This document shows positions 46,492 through 55,100 of a stretch of 60,921 nucleotides of DNA, piece by piece. Below the pieces are notes generated by a model. That model did not search any database, was not told the origin of the DNA, and was given only the letters and a program-made list of their open reading frames with translations. The DNA is taken from the NCBI GenBank assembly GCA_964565565.1, contig CAZMFM010000013.1:1-60921 (forward strand), in the 5' to 3' direction. The first letter of the stretch is position 1. Each line of letters starts with the position of its first letter. The stretch comes from an uncultured Spirochaetaceae bacterium. GTDB lineage: Bacteria > Myxococcota_A > UBA9160 > UBA4427. The translations under genes and the position numbers were made by a program.

Positions 46492-47372
46492 CAAGCCGGT
46501 CCCGCAGCACGAATCAAAGCGCCGTAGCCTTCACGATAGGTCGGGTAGCGGAACGCGTATCCGCTCTCGCGCAGCCTGCGATTGCTACATCGCTTGCTGC
46601 CGACAGGACGCCGCACGGTTCGCTTGCCCTCGCCCTCCACCGCGCCCTCGGAAGAGTCGGGCGATTCCGGCTCATCAACGCCGAGTTCCTTGGTCAGCCA
46701 GGCAAATAACATCGCCTCTTCTGCGGATTCATCATCGACGCCGAGATAGAGCGAGCCCGGCGAAGGATGCAACAAGAGGTGACGCAAGACGCCTGCGGCG
46801 TCGTCGCGATGAATCCGGTTCGTGAAATGCTCTGTCGACCGGTAAGCGAGCTTTCCGTCCCGCGCGCGTTCGATCAGGCTCGTGCGCCCGGGTCCGTAGA
46901 TTCCACCGAAGCGAACCACGACGGTCGGGATTCCGCTGGCCGCCGCCAGGCGCTCAGAGGCAAGCAGCGTTTCGCCACGAAACTGGGTCGGATGCGTCGG
47001 CGAGTCTTCGTCGATGTGTTCGCCACGCCGTTGGCCATAGACCGACGTGCTCGAAACCATCACCAGGCGCCGGGGTCGTTGTCCTTCATCAGCCAACCAT
47101 TCGAGGAATCCAGCGAGGCCATCAAGGTAGGCGTGGCGATAGGCGTGCTCGGTACCCTGATCGGCGCTCACGGCAAAAATGGCGTAATCCACGCGTGCCG
47201 GCGCGGGTCCGAGGGATTTCGGTTCTGCGACATCGCCCTGGATCCCTCGCACAAAGTCCTCGAGCTGCGACACATCGCGGCGGATCCCGAAGACTTCGTG
47301 ACCGTCCTCATGCAGCATCCGAGCGAGTTCGCTCCCCACGTAGCCACATCCTGCGATCACTGTTTGCGCCAT
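46491..47372 (-). CDS. NAD(P)-dependent epimerase/atypical SDR (YeeZ-like)
   Basis: Start MAQTVIAGCGYVG; SSTSVYG, RFGGIYGPGR, TNRIHRDD, FRYPTYREG. Confidence 0.88.
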   Translation of the reverse strand: MAQTVIAGCGYVGSELARMLHEDGHEVFGIRRDVSQLEDFVRGIQGDVAEPKSLGPAPARVDYAIFAVSADQGTEHAYRHAYLDGLAGFLEWLADEGQRPRRLVMVSSTSVYGQRRGEHIDEDSPTHPTQFRGETLLASERLAAASGIPTVVVRFGGIYGPGRTSLIERARDGKLAYRSTEHFTNRIHRDDAAGVLRHLLLHPSPGSLYLGVDDESAEEAMLFAWLTKELGVDEPESPDSSEGAVEGEGKRTVRRPVGSKRCSNRRLRESGYAFRYPTYREGYGALIRAAGPA

Positions 47373-47438
47373 TTGGTCAGCATGCCGCAGATGCCCTATG
47401 GCGGCTATACCGTCGCCACAGATGGCTATGCTCGTCGC

Positions 47439-48179
47439 ATGCCTCAGCCACGAATCGGAATCCCGCTCACCCTTGACGATCGCGGGCGTTGGCGTGAAGG
47501 CCGGAGCTACCACTATATCGATCGCAACTACGCCGACGCGATCGCTCGTGCCGGCGGTGCGGCCCTTCATCTCCCGATCCAGGCGGAACCCGAATTGCTC
47601 GTGGCCTCGCTCGACGGATTATTGCTACCGGGGGGAGACGACTTTCCCGCACAAAGCGAGTTGCCAAGCGATGTATCGCTCGATCTCGTTTGCCCGGAAC
47701 AGCTGGCTTTTGACAAAGCGCTTCTCGAAGCGGCGCGTGAACACGGGATTCCGATCCTCGGCATCTGCTATGGAATGCAGCTCATGGCGCTCACGGCCGG
47801 AGGCGTCCTCGACGCGCACTTACCCAGCGAGCGGCCCGACGCCGCATGCCACCGGCTGCCCGCGCAGGCGAGGCATGCCATTTCAATCGAAGGGACCAGT
47901 CTGTTGGCGAGTATTCTTGGCGCCCGAAGCGATCGGGTCAACAGCCTGCATCAACAAGCGGTCCGAAACCCGGGGCCGCGATACCAGGCGGTCGCAACCA
48001 GTCCGGACGGCCTCATCGAAGCGCTCGAGCGACCGGGCCATCCCGCCGAGTCCTGGGAACTCGGCGTGCAGTGGCACCCGGAAAAAATGATGGACGAGTC
48101 GGGGAACCTGCACGATCCGAGCGAGCGCCTCTTCCGCGCCTTCGTCGAGGCCTGCCGACAAGCCGGGGGCGAGCCATGA
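47439..48179 (+). CDS. Gamma-glutamyl-gamma-aminobutyrate hydrolase family (peptidase C26, PuuD-like)
   Basis: PRIGI, LLLPGGDD, GICYGMQ, VNSLHQQAV, GVQWHPE. Confidence 0.88.
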   Translation: MPQPRIGIPLTLDDRGRWREGRSYHYIDRNYADAIARAGGAALHLPIQAEPELLVASLDGLLLPGGDDFPAQSELPSDVSLDLVCPEQLAFDKALLEAAREHGIPILGICYGMQLMALTAGGVLDAHLPSERPDAACHRLPAQARHAISIEGTSLLASILGARSDRVNSLHQQAVRNPGPRYQAVATSPDGLIEALERPGHPAESWELGVQWHPEKMMDESGNLHDPSERLFRAFVEACRQAGGEP

Positions 48180-48913
48180 TCCGCATGTTGGGCTCTCTGC
48201 TCTTCTGGGGCTTCATGGTCGTCTCTTCGGTCCTGATCTTCCCCTTCGCCGTGCTCATCTGGTTGATCAGCGTTCCCCTCGATCGCCGACGCTGGGTCAT
48301 CCACCGCTTCACCTCACTCTGGGCGAGCCTCTATACCTGGCTGAATCCGGCCTGGCGCGTGCGTGTGATCGGCCGCGAGCGACTCTACGAGGACGGGCCG
48401 ACGGTGTTGGTCGCGAATCACAACTCGCTGGTCGACATTCTTGTGCTCTTCCGCTTGCAGAGTCATTTTCGCTGGGTCTCGAAGCAGGCGAATTTCCGTG
48501 TGCCCTGCGTGGGCTGGAATATGACGATGTGCGATTACATTCCGATTCGCCGGGGCCAGGCCGGCAGCATCCAGACCATGATGCGCCATTGCGATCGCGC
48601 GCTTGCCGGCGGCAATTCGATCTTCATGTTTCCAGAGGGCACGCGCTCGGCGAGTGGACGACTGCGCAGCTTCAAGCCGGGCGCTTTCCAGATCGCCTCT
48701 CGCAATCGCGTCCCGATCCAACCAATCATCGTTCGCGGAACCTCCGAAGCACTCCCCAAGCGCGGGTTCATCCTTCAGGGGCGCCACGCGATCTCGATCG
48801 AAGTCCTCGACGTGATCCCAGCGGAAGAAGTCGCGGCCTGCGACGCGGACGAGATGCTCGACCGCGTCCGCACGATCATCGGCGATGCACTGAAATCGCC
48901 GCCCCGGTCCTAG
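48176..48913 (+). CDS. 1-acyl-sn-glycerol-3-phosphate/lysophospholipid acyltransferase
   Basis: NHNSLVD (HX4D), FPEGTRS, FKPGAF; N-terminal TM; ATGA overlap. Confidence 0.9.
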   Translation: MIRMLGSLLFWGFMVVSSVLIFPFAVLIWLISVPLDRRRWVIHRFTSLWASLYTWLNPAWRVRVIGRERLYEDGPTVLVANHNSLVDILVLFRLQSHFRWVSKQANFRVPCVGWNMTMCDYIPIRRGQAGSIQTMMRHCDRALAGGNSIFMFPEGTRSASGRLRSFKPGAFQIASRNRVPIQPIIVRGTSEALPKRGFILQGRHAISIEVLDVIPAEEVAACDADEMLDRVRTIIGDALKSPPRS

Positions 48914-49095
48914 GCTCGATTCTTCCTTCTCCGTTTCAATGTCCGCTCCGCGCTGCCCTCCTTCTTTCGTTGCCTGGTCCGCCCTTCACTGCGCGCGCCA
49001 TCTCGCCGACGGCCCCCGAGGGAGCACTCAAGCCCGAAGGTCAGGGGCCGAAACGAGAGTGTCGCGCCGCGATCGAAACCCGGCAGAGTGGATCA

Positions 49096-49815
49096 TTGGA
49101 AGAGCTGAAGAGCAACGAAACCCGGCTGAGCCTGGAGGCAGGCCATTTGGTCATCCTGCATCCGGATGGTCCGGCCGGTGGATTTCCGATGGCCATCCGC
49201 GTCGATCGGATCGCCGACGGACTTCATTGGTTCCTCGGTTGCTGTGAACCGATTGGACGCGGCGAATCCCTCACCGTCGAATCGCCCATTCACGACGATG
49301 CACGTTATGTGACCCGAGCGAAGGTCGAAGCCAGCACGCGAGAAATGTTCGCGCTGCGACTGAATCCGATCTGGGAGCGAGTCCAGCAACGGGCCTTCGT
49401 TCGCATCTTCGCCCACGGCCTGCAGGTTCGCGTGCTCCGCCCGGCCTCCGATTCGGCCCATGAAGTCGATGCGGATGTCGGTTTGGAAGGCGACGGCGAG
49501 TCCAGGGAATTTCCTGGCACGATCCACGACCTGCTCGATATCTCAGCCGGCGGAATCCGCTTCGCCTCGGGTGACGACTACGAGCCCGAGGAAGAAGTCG
49601 TCTGCCACTTCGAGCTCCCCGGCTCGCTTTGCTTCGTCCTGCCCGCGCGAATCGTTCGGCCCTCGGAATGCCGCGCGACTGGATACGCGAAGCCTTCGGT
49701 CGCTGTCGAATTCATCAACCTCGACGAAAACAATCGTTCGCAGCTGCTGCGCTGGGTCTATCGCGAGCAGGTCAAACGGCATCGCGATGGAGTCAGCAAG
49801 GGACCCTGGGGCTGA
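49096..49815 (+). CDS. PilZ-domain (YcgR-like) c-di-GMP-binding protein
   Basis: QQRAFVR (RxxxR) and DISAGG (DxSxxG), AVEFINL...LLRWVYREQ; start uncertain (TTG 49096). Confidence 0.78.
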   Translation: MEELKSNETRLSLEAGHLVILHPDGPAGGFPMAIRVDRIADGLHWFLGCCEPIGRGESLTVESPIHDDARYVTRAKVEASTREMFALRLNPIWERVQQRAFVRIFAHGLQVRVLRPASDSAHEVDADVGLEGDGESREFPGTIHDLLDISAGGIRFASGDDYEPEEEVVCHFELPGSLCFVLPARIVRPSECRATGYAKPSVAVEFINLDENNRSQLLRWVYREQVKRHRDGVSKGPWG

Positions 49816-49870
49816 GCCCGCCCGCCGGCCCGATCGCGCGACTTCGACCAAGCGATCCGGAACCCACGAT

Positions 49871-50629
49871 TCAGTCGAGACCCACCAACGCCTTGAACCG
49901 CGCCAGAACTCGCGTGATCGCATCCGTCTCGACCGCTGTCTCGATCATCTCGTCCGGATCGAGCCCTTCGTTCGTCAAGATGTCCCGACGAGCCTCGACA
50001 TAGCCCTGCATGATGTCGCGATCGAATTCGGGATGAAATTGCACACCCCATTGTCGCGGGCCGAAGGCCAGGACCGTGTGCGGATCGAGCGCCGTCTGCG
50101 CCAGGATCTGCGCGCCCTCGGGTGGTCGCAGGACCGACTCCACATGCGACATGTGGCTGGGAAAGGCGCCGGACTCGAAAAGCGGACCTAAACGTTCGTC
50201 GGCACCGCGTTGGCCGTGTTCCGCCTCATCTGCCGGGTCCGACTTGAAAATCACATCGACAGTGCCCATCTCGCGACCCGCTGGATTCGTCCCGACTTCC
50301 CCACCCAGCCCATGGCAGATCAACTGATGGCCATAACACAGGCCTAATATCGGAAGCTCGTCACCCTCGACGCGCTTGGCCAACCAATGCGCCGCGTCCT
50401 CACTCCAATCCGGTCGCTCGGTCACCATCGCCGGAGAGCCGGTCACGACCACCCCGGCGACCGTTTCCGGGGACGGCAGCTTTTCGCCTCGGTAGACGGA
50501 CGCGACCGCCAAGGAATCGACGGCACAACCCAGCCCCTTCGCTATCCAATCCTCGAAATCACCGCGCCGGCGCTTGACGGGCGCCAAGGCCTCTCCGGTC
50601 TTGATGATGAGAATCCGTCGCTCGTTCAC
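49871..50629 (-). CDS. Class I glutamine amidotransferase (stand-alone)
   Basis: IIKTG, VTGSPAMV, GLCYGHQ, GVQFHPEF. Confidence 0.9.
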   Translation of the reverse strand: MNERRILIIKTGEALAPVKRRRGDFEDWIAKGLGCAVDSLAVASVYRGEKLPSPETVAGVVVTGSPAMVTERPDWSEDAAHWLAKRVEGDELPILGLCYGHQLICHGLGGEVGTNPAGREMGTVDVIFKSDPADEAEHGQRGADERLGPLFESGAFPSHMSHVESVLRPPEGAQILAQTALDPHTVLAFGPRQWGVQFHPEFDRDIMQGYVEARRDILTNEGLDPDEMIETAVETDAITRVLARFKALVGLD

Positions 50630-51570
50630 TCGCTCTTCCCCTCACTCATTGCCGTTGGTCCGGACGCATCCGGAGCGCGCAACATCGAAAGCCCGATCCC
50701 CGCCGCCACACCCACATTCAAGGAATCGACCCCCGGCTCCATGGCAATCCGCACACGTCGGTCCGCACGCGACAAGGCCTCTTCGGACAAACCCGGGCCC
50801 TCGGTCCCAAAAAGTAACGCGGCCGGCCCGATCGGCTTGCCCGCTCCGTCGCCCGCCTGATACAACGAACCGATCTCCACACTCGCCACACTCGCCAGCT
50901 TCCCCGTGCCTTCCGCGCCCTTGACACCTTCGACGCCCGGATCAAACGCCAACACCTGGTAGCCGAGCGAGCTCAACTCGGACAACATTTTCGGAAAGTC
51001 CTCGGCGCGTGCAAAGGGAACACAGAGCGAGCCACCCATCGAAGTCCGAATCGCCTTTCGATAGAGGGGATCGCAGGACCGCGAGCAGAGTAGGATCGCG
51101 CGAGCCCCGAACGCCATCGCGTTGCGAAAGATCAAGCCGGCGTTGTCGAGATTGGTCAAATGCTCGAGCACGATCAAGCGCGGCGCCGCTTCCCGCGCAA
51201 GCGCCTGACGCGCCAGCTCGAGGGGATCACTCGCGTCTTCACGACGACAAGCAGCCAGGCATCCGCGGTGGATCGGGAAGCCGACGACGCGATCCAGAAC
51301 GGATCGATGGGCCACGAAGACTGGACATTGGGGTTTCAAGCTCGCCAGTTCGGGTTCGATCGACGCGAATGTTCGCTCGCTCAACAAAATTGATTCCGGG
51401 CGGTAGTGGGAACGCGTCAACAAGACCAGAAGGTTGCCGCGACCCTCGACGATGAAACGCCCCCGCTCGCCGGCAAGCGTCGAATCCTTCAAGTTCCGAT
51501 AGACCTCGAGACGGGCATCCTCGAAATCATCAATCGCAATTGGTTCCAGGGTCGTTGCATTCCCGTTCAT
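50626..51570 (-). CDS. TrmH/SpoU family RNA methyltransferase
   Basis: NLDNAGLIFRNA, DPLYRKAIRTSMG, GTEGPGL, VDSLNVGVAAGI. Confidence 0.9.
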   Translation of the reverse strand: MNGNATTLEPIAIDDFEDARLEVYRNLKDSTLAGERGRFIVEGRGNLLVLLTRSHYRPESILLSERTFASIEPELASLKPQCPVFVAHRSVLDRVVGFPIHRGCLAACRREDASDPLELARQALAREAAPRLIVLEHLTNLDNAGLIFRNAMAFGARAILLCSRSCDPLYRKAIRTSMGGSLCVPFARAEDFPKMLSELSSLGYQVLAFDPGVEGVKGAEGTGKLASVASVEIGSLYQAGDGAGKPIGPAALLFGTEGPGLSEEALSRADRRVRIAMEPGVDSLNVGVAAGIGLSMLRAPDASGPTAMSEGKSE

Positions 51571-51640
51571 GGCCGGATCGAAGCACAGCGAAGTTTCAAA
51601 GGCGAATCACGCGACGACGGCGTCTGAAACCAGCGAACCC

Positions 51641-51711
51641 CAAGAGGGGCCGCCCCGCCGTTCGAGGCACGACGGGGCGGCGGTCCATCCAGGGTAATGA
51701 TGGACCTCTTG
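51641..51711 (-). ncRNA. Candidate structured RNA (three-way junction), unclassified
   Basis: Minus strand: CAAGA [GGUCCAUC-9nt-GAUGGACC] [GCCGCCCCGUCGU-7nt-ACGGCGGGGCGGC] CCC UCUUG; G-U pairs form on the minus strand only. Confidence 0.4.
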
Positions 51712-51725
51712 AGCGGAAGGGGCGA

Positions 51726-51869
51726 TCAGACAGGGAATCGGGAGTCGGGGCTCGGCATGGACGACGCTTCGGGATTCGGGTCCGATGCGGAGACCGCAGC
51801 CAAACCGATCACTGCCAAACCAAGACAGGTGCAGAACCCATACCGTATCCAAAGCGATGCTCGTGCCAT
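51726..51869 (-). CDS. Putative 47-aa small membrane/secreted protein
   Basis: Manual translation MARASLWIRYGFCTCLGLAVIGLAAVSASDPNPEASSMPSPDSRFPV; purine-rich aagaagaagg upstream; below the ORF-track cutoff. Confidence 0.4.
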   Translation of the reverse strand: MARASLWIRYGFCTCLGLAVIGLAAVSASDPNPEASSMPSPDSRFPV

Positions 51870-52125
51870 CAACTCGTTGCCTTCTTCTTTGCTGGACGTT
51901 CCAGCGCATGGTCGAGATCACTCGGGAGTGACTTCGACGTCAACCTGATGATTCGCGAGCGAGGGAGCCGATTCGAAGCGGAATGGATTTCCTCGCTCTT
52001 GAGTAGGTGGCGGACTGGACGGGGCGGGTGACGGCGAATCGATCGCCGCCCCCTCGAAGACTCAATTCGGGGAAATCCTGCGCAATGCGCGCGTGCGCGA
52101 TGCAGACTCGCCGCGGAAGAATTGC

Positions 52126-55100
52126 CTAAGCGGATGCCGGCGGGCGCCGACGCGCTCTCGCAGCCAGTCCAGCGAGTCCCAGACCGACTAGCAAGGCTGT
52201 CGACGGCTCCGGCACGACGACCGCCGCAATCCCGAAAGAGACTCTCTGCTTGCCACTGCTCGCGATCTCGAAGATGGCCCGAATCGCCGGTGGCTGATCG
52301 GCCGGCCAGGCGAGTGGACCTGAGAGGGGGGGTGCCTCGGGAATCAAGAAGCCCAGGCCGATCAATTCGGCAAAGTAGGCATTGGCCTGATCGAGTGAAC
52401 TGAAGGTCTGTTCTTCCCCGACGCGCTCACCGTACCGCTCGAGGCTGAAAGTCATTTGGTCAAAGCCGCCTGCGAACGCGTCCTCCTCGAAGACCGCCAA
52501 CAGGACTTCACGTCGCAGATCCACGGCCTGGAGCGTGATATCGATTTCGACGGTCTGGGTCACGCCCGTGCCTTTTGCACCCGACGCGCTCCAACTTCCA
52601 AGAGCCCGGATCGAAGCATTCGCCGAGGGATCGGAAAGGAGCGAATCGAGCCCAACATGCCGAAGGCGGGCAGATGCGATGGCATCAACGTTAGGCGTTC
52701 CCGTCACGAAAGCAGAACCATCGAAGTCCAATCCGGAGGCAACACCAGTGTTCGCGCCCGAAGCAAAGGCTTCGACGGCCGAAGTAAAGGCCCCTTCGCG
52801 ACGAACGCTCGCGCGAACGGAAGTCTCGCCCCCGATTCCACTCGACGCGTCGGCCTGGGCGAGCGCTCGAGCGCCCACAGCGCTGGCCGTGGAACTTGCA
52901 TCGCCAAACACCCCACTGTACGAACCGGCCACACCGCCGCGCGCAATCGCAATCGACTCGGCGAGGCCCGATCCCTTTGCCGAACTGGTGGCGGACGCTC
53001 CCCCACCGCTGGCCTCGCCCGCCGCAAGGTAGAGCCCGCCGTCGCCGCCGATCGCCTCAGAACGGGCGAATACACGTTCGACGCCGCCGCCGGCTGCGAA
53101 GGCAGCAGAACTCGCACGCCCTCCGTCCCCGCCGCCGCCCCCGGACCGAAAGCGCCGCCCCTCGCCACCACGCCCGCCCTGCGCGGAGTCGTAAACCTGA
53201 ACGCTGCTGTTGCCAGCCGCCCTACCAGACGAGCGACTTTCGCCGTCGCCTCCATCGCCTGCAAGAGAGCTGTCTGTAGCCGAGTATGAGGGACTCGCGC
53301 CATCGCCGCCGATCGCCCCGGTCTCGCGGTTGAGTACTCGAGGGCCGCCAACCTCTATGCTTGCACCGTCCACGATCGTCGTTGCGGAAACCGCAACGTA
53401 GCCATTCCCTCCATCGCCGGCGGTCCGAGCGGAAAAGCCGCCTTGACCACCGCGACCGAGCGACCCTGTCTTGATGGAGCCTTCACGATTCATTGCCTCG
53501 ATCTCGGAGAAACCGTCACCCCCCGCCCCAGCACGAGCGTTCTCGGACTGTTCGGCATAGGAGGCCCCGCCTGCACCGCCTAACGCACTCGTATCGAGTT
53601 CGAGTGACTCGAAAAATCCATTCTGGGTCAGCCGCGAACGCGCCTCTCCGCCGTCGCCCGCGATCACGTTCGGTAGCGTGGTAAACGACAGACCGACATC
53701 CGCGCCGCGCGCCGCCTCAGCCTGCTGTCCGAGTACGAGTCGGCCCGTCGTGTCTCCGCCGACCACGTTGTCGAGTGATATCGAACGACCGGAATCGCCG
53801 AGCACCTGACCTTCGGTCTCGGTCTCACCCGCGGCAGCCACGATCCCGAATTCGGCGCGCACCGAGACGTCGCCGCCGCCCTTCGACTCACCGCGAATCC
53901 GACTGGCCTTCCCGGGCTGATCACGTCTCTCACGAACGATCTCATTGCCCAGCGCGCGAACGAAAATATCGACGTTCCGCCCTGTATTCGAACGTCCGAC
54001 TACGTCGCCGAGAAGCACCCGACCGCCGTCGCTGAGCGCAAATCCATCGGGAAGCTCGAGCCCTCGACGGAGCGAGCTGGCATCCACGAAGAGAGTAAGG
54101 TCCCCACCACCGGTATTTTCGGAGACGAGCGAGGTCGAAACGTCGCCAAGATCGGAAAGTACTCTTTGAGAAAGCGACAACGCTCCGGAAGTCGAACCTC
54201 GAACGACGTCATGTAGCGCTGTCAGTTGCGAAGGGGCGAGCCCGTAGGAACCTCGGCGATTCACGTTGACCTCCACGAAGACATCGCCGCCTCCCAACGA
54301 ATGCGCTTCGGCGTCCACTGTGAATGCGCCCGGCTCGCCGATCGCCCCAGGCTCGTTGTCCACGCCCGCAAAGGCGACGACGTCGCCGAGGCCCGCATTC
54401 TCGGCGTAGGCCGTTGCCGTCGAATCTGCCGAGCGAGACACAAAAACGGAAGATGCTGCGTCCGTCCTCCCGCCTCCCTGGGAAATGGCGTGCGAACGAC
54501 TGATCGCTTCGATCGCATCCGACGTGGCGAAGTAGAGATTGCTCGTCGATCTGGCCAGGGTCTCTCCGTCCCCGGTTCCGAGCGCCTCGGTGGTGGCGAT
54601 CGCACGATCGCCCTGGGCACCGACCTCCGCCTCGGCGCTCGCCCAGCCTGCGTCGTTCTCCGAGCGCGCGGTCGAGATGCCAGCACCCCCGCCCTCCGAA
54701 TCCGTCCGGCTTCGCAGGCCGAGCCCGGCCTGGCTGCCCACACGCTCGATCAGATTTTCGACCGAGCCGTCACCAGTTCCGCCGCTCACAACTTGATTCA
54801 GACGAAGAACACCTTCCGTCTCGCCATCGACGACATTCTCCAGACGAATCGACTCGTCCATACCGGGAGCAGTGACACCGTCCCCAACAATCCGCGCGCC
54901 CGCTCCGTTCAGGTTGAGCGAAACGGAGACATCCGCACCCGTCGTCGAGCGTCCGCGAACGGGGCCAACGATCAGACTGCCGCCAAAGCGAGTCGTCGCC
55001 GTGGCATCGATCTCGAGCGCCCCACCCCCCTCATTGATCGCGTCGATCGAAATCGCCGCGTCTCCGCCCTGCGCGCTGCCGCGAAAGCGTCGATCCATGT

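Noticed and set aside
46767-49095. Long overlapping ORF-track calls (46767-48179, 47846-48913, 48529-49815)
   Set aside because: The extensions overlap other real genes; trimmed to the PuuD-like, acyltransferase and PilZ domains.
19377-50629. Possible polyamine pathway (speA, PuuD-like hydrolase, stand-alone GATase, aminotransferase)
   Set aside because: Genes are dispersed in different operons and orientations, and no speB/aguA or puuA is present; cannot be supported as one system.
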